Assembly: GCA_029258795.1 (NCBI GenBank)
Contig: JAPDKB010000004.1
Span: forward strand, 1 to 64,000
DNA length: 64,000 bases
Direction of reading: 5' to 3'
Origin: an archaeon
GTDB lineage: Archaea; EX4484-52; WAPT01
Each line of letters begins with the position of its first letter. Position 1 is the stretch's first letter. The notes under the pieces were generated by a model. The model saw only the letters and a program-made list of their open reading frames with translations, was not told the DNA's origin and searched no databases. The position numbers were made by a program, and so were the translations under genes. Positions 1-10,065 of the stretch are shown here, one piece after another.

Positions 1-155
1 TGTACCTCCTCATTCAATGATAAAAATATCATTTCAACTTCTTTTTTAGACAATTCCTTATCAATTTTCAAAAACCCCATTAAGGTATTCCTCGCAACAA
101 CTGATGGTCCGAGATAAGGTGTGGTTATATTTGGGGCTATCACTAAAACTTTCAT
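1..155 (-). CDS. Glycosyltransferase (probably GT4), 5' part only, runs off window
   Basis: Manual translation MKVLVIAPNITTPYLGPSVVARN...; ATG overlaps the TGA of the upstream GT (ATGA); typical GT-B N-terminus. Confidence 0.6.
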   Translation of the reverse strand, partial: MKVLVIAPNITTPYLGPSVVARNTLMGFLKIDKELSKKEVEMIFLSLNEEV

Positions 156-1315
156 TCAATCACCATGTTATAGACTTTTAAGATTTTTTTTGTGATGTTT
201 TCCCAAGTAAACTGTTTTGCATATTCTCTTATCTTTTCTCTGTCCCATTTTTTATCTAGTGCTCTTAAGATTTTCTCTGCTAGCTCTTTAGGATTTGCAG
301 GCTCACATAAAAACCCATAATCTTCTAAAGTTATCACCTCTGGGATCCCACCAACAGCAGTCCCTATAAATGGTAATCCAACTCCTAAGGCTTCGAACAT
401 GACTGTTGGATTTCCTTCACTCAAACTGGGCAACACAAATAAATCTGCTGCGTTCATCCAGTAGGCTACTTCATCATCTGGTACAAATCCAAGCAGTTTA
501 ACATGATTTTCTAACTTAAGTATTTTGATCTGCGTTTCTAATTTCCTTTTTAGTGGTCCGCTACCTCCGATAAAACAAACAACATCGTCTTGCTCTTTAA
601 TAACCAAAGACATAGCATCTATAAGATACTTATGCCCTTTGTAAGGGAATAACCCCGCAAGATTGAAAAGAATCTTGGAGTTGATCGGTAAGTCAAGATA
701 TTTTCTTGATGTCGATCTAGGAATGATTCGTATTCTATCTGGATTATACCCATTGAGAATATGGACAAACTTCACCGAAGGTACGATCTTCTTGAACCAA
801 GGAATATCTTTTTTATTGACTCTTATTATTGTATCTGCTCTTTTCCAAGTATTTATTATTAAAGGATCTCTATTCAGTAATCTAGGGTATAAACTAATGT
901 GTGTATGTTCTGTGATTACTACCGGGGTTTTAAATTTCTTTTTCAACTCAACAGCAACCACTCCACTCGGCCAAGTATAGTGTGCGTGAATTAAATCGAA
1001 TTTTAAATCATTATTTCGGATGAATTTTCGTAATGCTCTGTATTCGAACAATATCCGTTGTTTATTGAATTTTAAGTGAGATAATGGAAACATTGGATTA
1101 AAATATCTGAGAAACCATATATGTGTATTTGGAAGTAAATCGTAATTTCTGTATTTTATTTTTCTCTTAATTTCAATTCCTATTGGAATTGGAACGACAA
1201 CATTGATCTCATCCACAAATTTGGCGAGAGCCCTGACTTGTTCCTTGACGAATATGTTGGTGATATGAGAATTATTTTCGTTAGGAAAATCATTAACAAG
1301 CACCAAGATTCTCAT
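152..1315 (-). CDS. GT4 family glycosyltransferase (TuaC-like)
   Basis: DLIHAH, VITEH, LPSLSEGNPTVMFEA (EX7E) motifs. Confidence 0.9.
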   Translation of the reverse strand: MRILVLVNDFPNENNSHITNIFVKEQVRALAKFVDEINVVVPIPIGIEIKRKIKYRNYDLLPNTHIWFLRYFNPMFPLSHLKFNKQRILFEYRALRKFIRNNDLKFDLIHAHYTWPSGVVAVELKKKFKTPVVITEHTHISLYPRLLNRDPLIINTWKRADTIIRVNKKDIPWFKKIVPSVKFVHILNGYNPDRIRIIPRSTSRKYLDLPINSKILFNLAGLFPYKGHKYLIDAMSLVIKEQDDVVCFIGGSGPLKRKLETQIKILKLENHVKLLGFVPDDEVAYWMNAADLFVLPSLSEGNPTVMFEALGVGLPFIGTAVGGIPEVITLEDYGFLCEPANPKELAEKILRALDKKWDREKIREYAKQFTWENITKKILKVYNMVIE

Positions 1316-2954
1316 TTATATATTCACCTCCATAAGGTTTAGCAATTTCGAATCCCGCCATTTTTAAACACCAATATCCGATGATTTTATTAAATTCTGA
1401 AGGACGGTATCTTGTTTTGAGACTAGAAGCTATTGGGCCAGCAACCGCGCGCATGTTGACTTCTTCCTTGCGAACAATATTTTTTAAGGGTCTTTTGAGA
1501 AAAGATGGAAAGTATGTCTCAGCAAAATAACGAAGATATTTGAATGATCGCCATGAATGAAATACATTATAATAAAATTTTGTGCCAAACCCCCTAACCC
1601 ATTCTTTATGAGACAGAGAAATATTAAATTTATTAAAAATATTATTCCGAATCACATCATTGTACAGAATTTGATTATATTTATATTTTATGGGTAATTT
1701 TCTAAAAAATTCTACAATTTCAATATCCCATAATGGAATAATGTGCCTGTATCCAAAAAATTCGTAAGTTCTGTTGGAATTTACTATGTATTTTGCCTGT
1801 CTTTCTTTCATATTCCAGTTATCATCGATGGAGTATGGAAATGTTTCATTAGGATAGTTTTCTATGTATTCGCGAAGTTTTTGTATAATTTTTTTATTTA
1901 ATTTTATAGAGTCGTTTAAAATATAATGTTTTGCTAAGATTCTCGATACAACATTCTCTTTCCTTTTCGGTAATGGTAATTTTCTTAAATGACTCCCTGC
2001 AAGAAAGTCACCCGAATGTCCGGGAGCTATGATCGAGTTTTTAGGTAGTAATTTGTTTTCATGAAGATATTTAAAAACAAAGAAATCCTGTAAATGTGTT
2101 GCAGAAACATGGTTAAATGCATATTTGTAAAATTCAAAAAACCAATCGCTATCCGGATAAAAAGGGTCAACCAAAGCATCTGTTTGTTCTATAAAATACC
2201 AGTCATAACCTAACCTTTTTGCGACTTTTCTCGCTACGATCGCCTCACTGCTATTGGGTAATCCATAAGTGTAGCAAATAACATTTTCATATCCGTTTTT
2301 TTTGAGGAGTGCAGCAATGAGTCTCGAATCGTACCCTCCACTTAATGGTATAACTATTGTATTTTCTTTCGCAAAATAAAGGACTCTATCAATAATATGA
2401 TCAAATATTTTCAAAAGGTCGTCTTTGAGCTTATTATAATTTTTTGAATAGATTTCTTTTTTTGTTACAGTATAGTCATAATAAAATTCTTTTTTTATCT
2501 CACCTTTTTCCTTATCTATTGTCAAAATCTCACCCGCTTGGACCTGATATACTCCTTGCAAAATAGTTTCACTACCGGACGTATAACCGCATTTTAAAAA
2601 CTCTGCACATGAGAACGGATTTAATTTTGGTTTTAGACGGTTTTTAATATAGAAAGTATTGTCCGATATGATAATTTTATTATCATTAATAGTGTAAAAT
2701 AAGGGAAATGTTCGCGTAATATCTGTGATCAAATATAAAAAATTATCTCTTTCTAATATAGCTGCAAAAATTCCATGTAATTTTTTTAAAATTTCTTTTA
2801 ATTCATCAAATTCTTGTATTTTATCTAAAAAAATTGGGAGATATTTTTCATTATAAGTTTTTTCATTCTCTATTACATACCCTTTAGCATAATTTCCACG
2901 ATACTTATACCAAGGATATCCATAATTAAAATCCAATTTTATCTCAATTTCCAT
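1293..2954 (-). CDS. Asparagine synthetase-like (AsnB-type N-type ATP pyrophosphatase) glycan amidotransferase
   Basis: LSGGYDSR PP-loop, GHSGD, GIFAAI and TRTFPLFY Ntn-like segment; start taken at MEIEIK (alternative start 2987). Confidence 0.8.
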   Translation of the reverse strand: MEIEIKLDFNYGYPWYKYRGNYAKGYVIENEKTYNEKYLPIFLDKIQEFDELKEILKKLHGIFAAILERDNFLYLITDITRTFPLFYTINDNKIIISDNTFYIKNRLKPKLNPFSCAEFLKCGYTSGSETILQGVYQVQAGEILTIDKEKGEIKKEFYYDYTVTKKEIYSKNYNKLKDDLLKIFDHIIDRVLYFAKENTIVIPLSGGYDSRLIAALLKKNGYENVICYTYGLPNSSEAIVARKVAKRLGYDWYFIEQTDALVDPFYPDSDWFFEFYKYAFNHVSATHLQDFFVFKYLHENKLLPKNSIIAPGHSGDFLAGSHLRKLPLPKRKENVVSRILAKHYILNDSIKLNKKIIQKLREYIENYPNETFPYSIDDNWNMKERQAKYIVNSNRTYEFFGYRHIIPLWDIEIVEFFRKLPIKYKYNQILYNDVIRNNIFNKFNISLSHKEWVRGFGTKFYYNVFHSWRSFKYLRYFAETYFPSFLKRPLKNIVRKEEVNMRAVAGPIASSLKTRYRPSEFNKIIGYWCLKMAGFEIAKPYGGEYINENLGAC

Positions 2955-2994
2955 AATACCGCACCATATTAAACGTAAAAATTTCATATTTGAA

Positions 2995-4128
2995 TCATTT
3001 TTTAAAATTTTTGATCATGTCAAATTTTTTGAAACGATGTTTTTCTAAATCTTCATTCAATAATACGTCAATTATTCTGTCACTTGCACGCCCATCTCCG
3101 AATGGACATTCCTTTGCAATTTCTGGTGGATCAGCAACATGCTTGAGGATCAAATCTTCCTCCAAGCCCGCAAGCACGCACCCCTTCCCTAGCGCTTCAG
3201 GTCTTTCAGTGTTGTAACGGAGCACGATAACAGGAACTTTGAGCACGGTAGCTTCTTCCTGCAATCCTCCAGAATCTGTCATCACAAGCTTCGCATTTTT
3301 CATCAGAACTAAAAAATCCAAGTAACCTAAAGGTGGAATGATGTGTAAATTTTCTATTTTTCTAATTTTTTCAAATAAACCGTGAACTTTTAACAGGTTT
3401 TCTGTTCTAGGATGAATGGGAAAAACCACATTTTCATTTAGCTCTGAACAAATTTTTTTCAAAATACGAGTTATTTTTGAAAGCGCGTCCTTATTTGTGT
3501 TTTCATTTCTATGAAGTGTTAAAAGAATGTAGTTGTTGGGCTCTACATCTAGTTGTTCTAATACGGAAGATTTTTTCATTGCTATGGGTAAGTGTTCTTT
3601 CACCGCATCCACTACAGTATTGCCAGTAACATATATTCGGAAAGACTCGATATTTTCTTTGAGAAGATTATCTTTGGATACGTTGGTGGGCGCGAATAAA
3701 ATGTTGGAAATGTGGTCCGTCAACCTTCGATTTATTTCTTCAGGCATGGTCATGTCATAACTTCTAAGACCTGCCTCTACATGTCCGAACAAATAGCCAT
3801 TCTTCACTGCAGCAAGGGCTGTGGCAAGCACAGAATTTGTATCCCCTTGCGCAAGAACTATATCGGGAGATTCTTTATCCAAAACCTTTTCGATTAAAAG
3901 CATGCCCACTCCAATCTGAATTCCAGGACTTCCGGACCCAACACTTAAATTGTAATCGGGCATGGGTAGATTCAAATCATTCAGAATTTTTTCGAAAAGC
4001 AGGAAATCGTAATGCTGTCCTGTAGTGACAAAAACGTGTTCTACATTGTTTAGCTTAATCGCTTTTCTTATTATCGGAGCCATCTTTATTATTTCCGGGC
4101 GTGTGGAAACAACACTAAGTATCTTCAC
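2995..4128 (-). CDS. wecB: UDP-N-acetylglucosamine 2-epimerase (non-hydrolysing; WecB/WbpI)
   Basis: TRPEIIK, TGQHYD, QGDT, HVEAGLRS, PEEINR, DSGGLQEE. Confidence 0.95.
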   Translation of the reverse strand: MKILSVVSTRPEIIKMAPIIRKAIKLNNVEHVFVTTGQHYDFLLFEKILNDLNLPMPDYNLSVGSGSPGIQIGVGMLLIEKVLDKESPDIVLAQGDTNSVLATALAAVKNGYLFGHVEAGLRSYDMTMPEEINRRLTDHISNILFAPTNVSKDNLLKENIESFRIYVTGNTVVDAVKEHLPIAMKKSSVLEQLDVEPNNYILLTLHRNENTNKDALSKITRILKKICSELNENVVFPIHPRTENLLKVHGLFEKIRKIENLHIIPPLGYLDFLVLMKNAKLVMTDSGGLQEEATVLKVPVIVLRYNTERPEALGKGCVLAGLEEDLILKHVADPPEIAKECPFGDGRASDRIIDVLLNEDLEKHRFKKFDMIKNFKK

Positions 4129-5351
4129 ATTACATCCCCCCTCCCAATACCATAAAACTTAAACCCTTCTGGAGGTGTGGAGAAAAATCCTCTTCCATCA
4201 AAAAGCAGTTTAGGCTCTTCCATCATTTCGCTTATTCTATCCCATTCAATATCCTTAAAAGCGGAATGAGCCGTAGCAATCACTATAGCTTGTGAACCCT
4301 TAACAGAAGATTCTATATCGACATCATGAAACACAATTGGATCGTAAATCCTAACTTCCATTCCGTTTTTTTCTGCAAGTTCTTTTACTTTTAAGCTGGG
4401 GCTCTCCCTCACATCGTCCACATCAGGTTTGTAAGCCACGCCAAATATTGTTACCTTTTTCACGTCATGTGCAAGCAGCGTTTCGATAGCTTTAAGCGGC
4501 ATGGAATCGTTAATTTCTCTAGCAGTCGGAATAAGTTTTACGCTGTTATCAACCTCTACAAGGAACCAGGGGTCCACAGGAATACAATGCCCTCCCACCC
4601 CAATACCTGGCTGATGGATGTTCACGCGAGGATGTTTATTAGCAAGATTTATCGCTTCATACACGTTGATTCCTAATTTTTCTGCGAGATGTGCTAGTTC
4701 ATTAGCCAGAGCTATGTTAACATCACGATAAGTATTTTCTATTACTTTAACAAACTCTGCAGTAGTTACATCAGTAATGTAAAAGTCACCTTTGACAAAA
4801 GAGTATAAATGCTTGATAACGCCCTCCATACTTCTATCCATCACGCCTACAATTCGAGGATTGTGTATCATCTCATACAGCGCATTTCCCGGTATTGCGC
4901 GCTCTGGCACATAAGCAAGCTGAATATCCTCACCAACAGAAAGCCCTGAAATTTTTTCAAGAAGAGGTTTGATCAAGTTTAAAGTTGTTCCCGGCGTTAC
5001 AGTGGATTCCACGATTATTAATTGTCCTGACTTAGCAATCTTCCCTATTGATTCGAAAGCTGAAAGAAGGTAAGATGCGTCCATTTTCCTATTTTTTACG
5101 GGTGTTGGCACGCAAACCACAATTGCATCACACCCGGATAATTCAGAATATTCTGTAGTTGCCCTTAATTTTTTTCCAACTCTCTCGAGCAGTTCCTGGA
5201 CGCCTTTTTCCTTTATTGGAGTTTTACCTTGATTTATCATTTCTATTTTTTCCTTTACCAAATCCACGCCCACAACGTCATGACCTGCGTCTGCCATCAG
5301 AAGTGCGGTGGGTAGTCCAACATAACCCAATCCTACAACACCAACCCTCAT
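4125..5351 (-). CDS. wecC: UDP-N-acetyl-hexosamine 6-dehydrogenase (WecC/WbpA family)
   Basis: GLGYVG Rossmann motif, CVPTP, ESTV, GVGGHCIPVDP, DDVRESP. Confidence 0.92.
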   Translation of the reverse strand: MRVGVVGLGYVGLPTALLMADAGHDVVGVDLVKEKIEMINQGKTPIKEKGVQELLERVGKKLRATTEYSELSGCDAIVVCVPTPVKNRKMDASYLLSAFESIGKIAKSGQLIIVESTVTPGTTLNLIKPLLEKISGLSVGEDIQLAYVPERAIPGNALYEMIHNPRIVGVMDRSMEGVIKHLYSFVKGDFYITDVTTAEFVKVIENTYRDVNIALANELAHLAEKLGINVYEAINLANKHPRVNIHQPGIGVGGHCIPVDPWFLVEVDNSVKLIPTAREINDSMPLKAIETLLAHDVKKVTIFGVAYKPDVDDVRESPSLKVKELAEKNGMEVRIYDPIVFHDVDIESSVKGSQAIVIATAHSAFKDIEWDRISEMMEEPKLLFDGRGFFSTPPEGFKFYGIGRGDVM

Positions 5352-5357
5352 TTAAAA

Positions 5358-6356
5358 TCACCACACTTCAGAAAGTATTTTCTCTAATAGATTTTTAGGA
5401 TTTTCCATCAGTTCTCTGTGAACTTTTTTATGTGTGTTTTTTCTCACTCTTTCAATACGTTCCTTCACTTTTTCTTCATCGAGCTCATGAAACAAAATTC
5501 CTTTCCTTATTAAATATTTATCTACTGCCAAAAGTTCTTTACCGGGATACATGCTTATGGCCAGCGTGCCTAAAAGAGCGGCTTCCCTTGTCATTGTTCC
5601 TCCACCACTGACAACCGCATCACAATAATACTCCCATACAGGCCCATCTATAGGTAGTGGTGGTATGCGTACCGAGATTCCTTCACTTTTTAGAAGGAAC
5701 TCGCTTTTTTTCCTTGGTATCAGCAGGATATTAAATTGTGGATCAGTTCCCACTTCTTCAATGAATTTCAAGACAGGATCGGATTTTACATTTCTAAGAT
5801 AGTTAGCGCTTAAAGGTGTGGTTCTAACCAAGACATTTTTCTTTGAAGGGTCAAGAAGATCTGGTTTGGTGTACTTTTGTGGAAAGAAATTATAGAGATA
5901 GAGCCCCTCTTCCACACCTTTGTAGTGTATGGCGTTATGGGCGCTCAAGCCCATACACTCGGGGGTTACAATTAAGGTAGCGAGCTTCATGATCTTGTCA
6001 TTCAACATAGATTTTTCATTATCACTAAAGAATACGGATGGTATTCTGCACAACTTTGCCGATAATAATGAAGATGGATTTTTCGTGAAACAAAGATCTG
6101 GTTTCTCTCTCCTTAAGAAATTAAGAAGAGAAATTGTCCTAACTCCTGTTGCAAGAAATTTGAAAAATAATCCATCCTTATGTGACCCTATATGCACATA
6201 TTCTAGTTTTTCTTTCTTTAACAATTCTTCAGTTTGTGCGATATTTCTGCATGTTATTATAATTTTTGCATTTTCTCTCATAAAAAGGTTAATAAAGGGT
6301 TTAAATGTCATCACGTGTGGTGTATTGGTTATATCGAACCATACTTTCATGCACAT
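5358..6356 (-). CDS. DUF354-type GT-B fold protein (putative glycosyltransferase)
   Basis: VWFDITNTPHV N-terminus and GGGTMTREAALLG motif. Confidence 0.8.
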   Translation of the reverse strand: MCMKVWFDITNTPHVMTFKPFINLFMRENAKIIITCRNIAQTEELLKKEKLEYVHIGSHKDGLFFKFLATGVRTISLLNFLRREKPDLCFTKNPSSLLSAKLCRIPSVFFSDNEKSMLNDKIMKLATLIVTPECMGLSAHNAIHYKGVEEGLYLYNFFPQKYTKPDLLDPSKKNVLVRTTPLSANYLRNVKSDPVLKFIEEVGTDPQFNILLIPRKKSEFLLKSEGISVRIPPLPIDGPVWEYYCDAVVSGGGTMTREAALLGTLAISMYPGKELLAVDKYLIRKGILFHELDEEKVKERIERVRKNTHKKVHRELMENPKNLLEKILSEVW

Positions 6357-7426
6357 CGCCTTACCACATCAGCAACTTTTTCCAGCTCCTCCTCGCTCAG
6401 AGCTGGATGGACTGGGATGGAGATGACCTCATTAACGATTTTTTCCGTCACAGGCAATCTGGCTGTGAAGCCCAGCTTTTGCATCACCGGCTGCTGATGT
6501 ATTCCTGCTGGATAATAGATTCCGTAGCCCACCCCTTCCTTCCTGAAAGCTTCTATGAGCTTTTCCCTTTCCTTTACCCGGATGGTGTACTGATGATAAA
6601 CGTGCTTCACCTCCGGAATAACATAAGGAATCTCGACATTATCGATGGAGGAAAGCATCTCATCATAATATCTGGCGTTCTTCCTTCTTTTTTCGTTGAA
6701 CTTATCCAGCTTTTTTAACTGCTCTATTCCTATGGCTGCCTGTATGTTCGTCATTCGGTAATTCCAGCCGAGCTCCACATGCAAATACCTCTCTTTCTGG
6801 CCGTGATTCCTCAACATTCTTATCTTTTCAGCAATCTCATCATCATTTGTGGTTATCATTCCCCCCTCTCCGGTGGTCATGTTCTTGGTGGGGTAAAAGC
6901 TAAAACATGCAACATGCCCGATACTTCCCACCTTTCTACCTTTATATTCCGCTCCGTGAGCCTGACACGCATCCTCCACCACGAAAAGGTCATGCTCTTC
7001 AGCAAGTTCCATTATGGCGTCCATTTCACACGGCTGTCCGAAAAGATGCACGGGCATTACAGCCACAGCGTCCTTTGTTATCTTTTTTCTGGCATCTTCC
7101 ACATCCATGTTGAAAGTTCTTTCATCAATGTCAACAAAAACTGGCTTACCTCCGGCAGCTATGATGGATGTCGCGGAAGCTATGAAGGTGAATGAAGGAA
7201 CAAGCACCTCCTTACCTTCAACACCCAGAGCTTTAAGCGCAAGAATCAATGCCTGCGTGCCGTTTGTGGTGGATAGAGCGTGCTTAACCCCTATGTATGA
7301 CGCGAAAGCTTTCTCAAACTTTTCAACATATTCTCCCATGGCCAGCATGCCAGATTCAAGCACTTCAAGCACGGCCCTTTTCTCCTCCTCACCCACCACC
7401 GGCTTGGCTATCGGGATCATGATCAC
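6347..7426 (-). CDS. DegT/DnrJ/EryC1/StrS PLP-dependent sugar aminotransferase (WbpE-like)
   Basis: VEDACQAHGA, FSFYPTKNMTTGEGG (PLP lysine), GWNYRM. Confidence 0.95.
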   Translation of the reverse strand: MIMIPIAKPVVGEEEKRAVLEVLESGMLAMGEYVEKFEKAFASYIGVKHALSTTNGTQALILALKALGVEGKEVLVPSFTFIASATSIIAAGGKPVFVDIDERTFNMDVEDARKKITKDAVAVMPVHLFGQPCEMDAIMELAEEHDLFVVEDACQAHGAEYKGRKVGSIGHVACFSFYPTKNMTTGEGGMITTNDDEIAEKIRMLRNHGQKERYLHVELGWNYRMTNIQAAIGIEQLKKLDKFNEKRRKNARYYDEMLSSIDNVEIPYVIPEVKHVYHQYTIRVKEREKLIEAFRKEGVGYGIYYPAGIHQQPVMQKLGFTARLPVTEKIVNEVISIPVHPALSEEELEKVADVVRRCA

Positions 7427-8040
7427 ACCACCCGTTTCATTATCTCCTCGATGGCATTGTTTATCGTTTTAACAACAACATCAGCACCGCTTTTCTCAAG
7501 TTCTTCCGCATGGAAGTTCTCACTCTCAATCCCGATCACGAAACAACCAAGTTTCTTCGCCTCACTCACATCTTCTGGATGATCCGTGACCACGATACAG
7601 TCTTTTGGTGGCACACTCATCTTCTCGATAACAAACTTCAAATCCTTATCTTTCTTTCCGGCCTCAAAAAAATCTTCCCTGCCCAGAGCGAGATCAACCA
7701 CCACTCCCCCCAAAAACTTCTCAATAACTTTTCTGCTGTTTCTGCTCCATATGGCTATCTTGAATCCATATTCTTTCAAAATTTTGAATATTTCATCATT
7801 TACTTTCTCCTTAAGTCCTTCAATTTCTTTTTCCGTTAAAATATCGTTGACCTGATTCCATAACTCCATATCTTCCTGTCTGATGGCACGCAGGGTCTCA
7901 ATTATTCTCCCGAACTTTATGTGAAATACACCTTGCTTTTCCAGAAATTCGTTAAGCTCCTTTTTGAGTTCTACCCAATCAATCTTCAGTCGTGTTAGCG
8001 TTCCATCAAAATCGAAAACAACAAGCTTCATGAATATCAC
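7423..8040 (-). CDS. HAD-superfamily hydrolase/phosphatase
   Basis: VFDFDGT motif I, TDHPED motif IV, GADVVV C-terminus. Confidence 0.88.
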   Translation of the reverse strand: MIFMKLVVFDFDGTLTRLKIDWVELKKELNEFLEKQGVFHIKFGRIIETLRAIRQEDMELWNQVNDILTEKEIEGLKEKVNDEIFKILKEYGFKIAIWSRNSRKVIEKFLGGVVVDLALGREDFFEAGKKDKDLKFVIEKMSVPPKDCIVVTDHPEDVSEAKKLGCFVIGIESENFHAEELEKSGADVVVKTINNAIEEIMKRVV

Positions 8041-9119
8041 ACTGTTTTGCTGGTGAACTCTCCCTCCCTGATCAGTTTATGGCCTCCGTCAACAACCCTT
8101 ACCCAGTAATATCCTGCAGGAATTGGATTGTATTTTGGTAAAGGCGGTATTTCCTCTCCAAAAGCAAGCTTCACATGATAGTAGGGCATGTTCACCCCCG
8201 CCTCGCTGAAAAAGTTGCTTGTGGTGAAAAACCTGCCAGCATTTATCTCTGTGACGCACGGTACGCCATCCCTATTCTCCTTGATATCAACACAGAATAT
8301 TCCTGTGGCTTCCTTATCTATGGCCAGAACTGCTTTGGTGGCAACCTCATTCACAAGATCATTATGAACCGTTACAGCCACAGCAGGGGTTGATGTCTGT
8401 CCGCTCGGCGTTATGTGACCGAAGAGATATTCCAGTCTTTGCCTGGCTTGAGAGGTTATCAGCTCTCCATTGTCCCATATGCTTTGCCAAGCGTACTCCT
8501 TACCCGGAAGAAACTCACACAGCATGAAGTCGCTCCAGTCCAAACCTTTCATCTTGATCCAGTAGTCCATCCATGCTATGGCGTGTTCTACCTCCTTAAC
8601 AGGCAGAGCTGCTTTTGAGCCAGCCCCTTTTATAGCTCTGACCCACACCACCTCCTGTTCACATAGCTCCACCAGCTGGCTGAAGGCATCCTCAACATGA
8701 TCTCTGCTTTTGATCCTGATGGATTCCGGTACAGGAACTCCTGCTCTTTTTAAAATTTCTGCAGTTTTCTGCTTGTCCTGACAGATTCTTATTGTTTCTG
8801 TTTTTGGAAGTCTTGTTATCGCGTTTATTCTGTTTCTGTTCTCAGCAATAACCAACACCTCTATATCTGGCTGTGGGTGCACCATCTCAATTTCCTCTTT
8901 TTCTATGATCTCGTTCAGCTTGTCCACATAATCTTCAGCTGTAGCCTTTGGCACGATATAACGAGCATCTACGGGCGAGACCTCTATGTGAAACTTGTTT
9001 ACGTCTGTGCCAACGATGTAAAAACTATCTTCTTTGACCATTCGGAGCGATTTTATGAAGTTTATCGCTGCGGGTCCTCCAGCTCCGGTAACCAATATTC
9101 TTTTTGTCATCCCGTACAC
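8037..9119 (-). CDS. ATP-grasp ligase (carbamoyl-phosphate synthase large-subunit-like, sugar-locus type)
   Basis: ILVTGAGG, CQDK, GAGSK, EFLPGKEY, EINAGRF. Confidence 0.85.
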   Translation of the reverse strand: MYGMTKRILVTGAGGPAAINFIKSLRMVKEDSFYIVGTDVNKFHIEVSPVDARYIVPKATAEDYVDKLNEIIEKEEIEMVHPQPDIEVLVIAENRNRINAITRLPKTETIRICQDKQKTAEILKRAGVPVPESIRIKSRDHVEDAFSQLVELCEQEVVWVRAIKGAGSKAALPVKEVEHAIAWMDYWIKMKGLDWSDFMLCEFLPGKEYAWQSIWDNGELITSQARQRLEYLFGHITPSGQTSTPAVAVTVHNDLVNEVATKAVLAIDKEATGIFCVDIKENRDGVPCVTEINAGRFFTTSNFFSEAGVNMPYYHVKLAFGEEIPPLPKYNPIPAGYYWVRVVDGGHKLIREGEFTSKTV

Positions 9120-10054
9120 CCCTCCGCCTCTAACGCCACTCTCAAGGACTCCATTGCATCCTCTCCCGTTACGAGAGGTTCAGCGTTTTTCCTCACACAA
9201 TCCAGAAAGTGCGCAAGCTCTCTTTTTAACGGCTCCTCGAACTTCAGCTCTATGATCTTTGCAGGATGCCAGAGCAAGCGTGGATCAGGTTCCTCTTCGT
9301 TCGTGTAGATCTCCAAAGTTTGAGTTATGTAGTTAAGATGTATGAACGCCTTATCCAGCGTTACGTACATGTGTCTTATCTTGCGGGGAGAGACCCAGTT
9401 TGTAACTATTGATGCGGAACAATTCTCCAAACTCATCCAGATCTGGGCATGGTCCTCAACACCCCTTCCCAAAAGTTCCATGGTCTTCGCTCTAACCTCC
9501 AGAACATTCTCTCCCGTGAGATATCTGACTATGTCGATGTCGTGGATACCGAGGTCAACAACAACTCCCGTGGTTATCCCCGCTCTCGGAGCAGGTACCC
9601 CCACCCTCACAATGTTGAATGCCAGATACCTCGCCTTCTTCTTCTCGACCCAGTCCTTCAGGTATTCAACAGCGGGGTTGAACCTCTCTATATGACCAAT
9701 CATCAGAATGTTTCCGCTCTCTTCAGCTTTATCCACAAGCTTCCTCGCATTTTCCATCGTATCAGCTATGGGCTTTTCCACAAGAGCGTTCGTTTGTTCT
9801 AGCACTTTGCATCCAACGTCAGCATGCAGCTTGGTGGGGACAACCACGGAAACAGCATCTGGCTTCTCCTTCCTCAGCATCTCCTCAAAATCCCTGTAGG
9901 CATTACAGCCGTATTTGTCAGCAACCTCTTTTGCCTTTGAAAAATCAACATCAACGACGGCAACAAGCTCTGACCCCCTGAGCTCGGAGTACACCCTCAC
10001 ATGATTCCTACCCATCATTCCGGCGCCAATAACCGCTGTTCTCAAAGTTTCCAT
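9107..10054 (-). CDS. Gfo/Idh/MocA oxidoreductase (UDP-GlcNAc(A) 3-dehydrogenase, WbpB-like)
   Basis: GAGMMG, VEKP, GHIERFNPA, DLGIHDID; start at METLR with GAGGTG RBS upstream. Confidence 0.9.
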   Translation of the reverse strand: METLRTAVIGAGMMGRNHVRVYSELRGSELVAVVDVDFSKAKEVADKYGCNAYRDFEEMLRKEKPDAVSVVVPTKLHADVGCKVLEQTNALVEKPIADTMENARKLVDKAEESGNILMIGHIERFNPAVEYLKDWVEKKKARYLAFNIVRVGVPAPRAGITTGVVVDLGIHDIDIVRYLTGENVLEVRAKTMELLGRGVEDHAQIWMSLENCSASIVTNWVSPRKIRHMYVTLDKAFIHLNYITQTLEIYTNEEEPDPRLLWHPAKIIELKFEEPLKRELAHFLDCVRKNAEPLVTGEDAMESLRVALEAEGCTG

Positions 10055-10065
10055 GAAAATCCACC

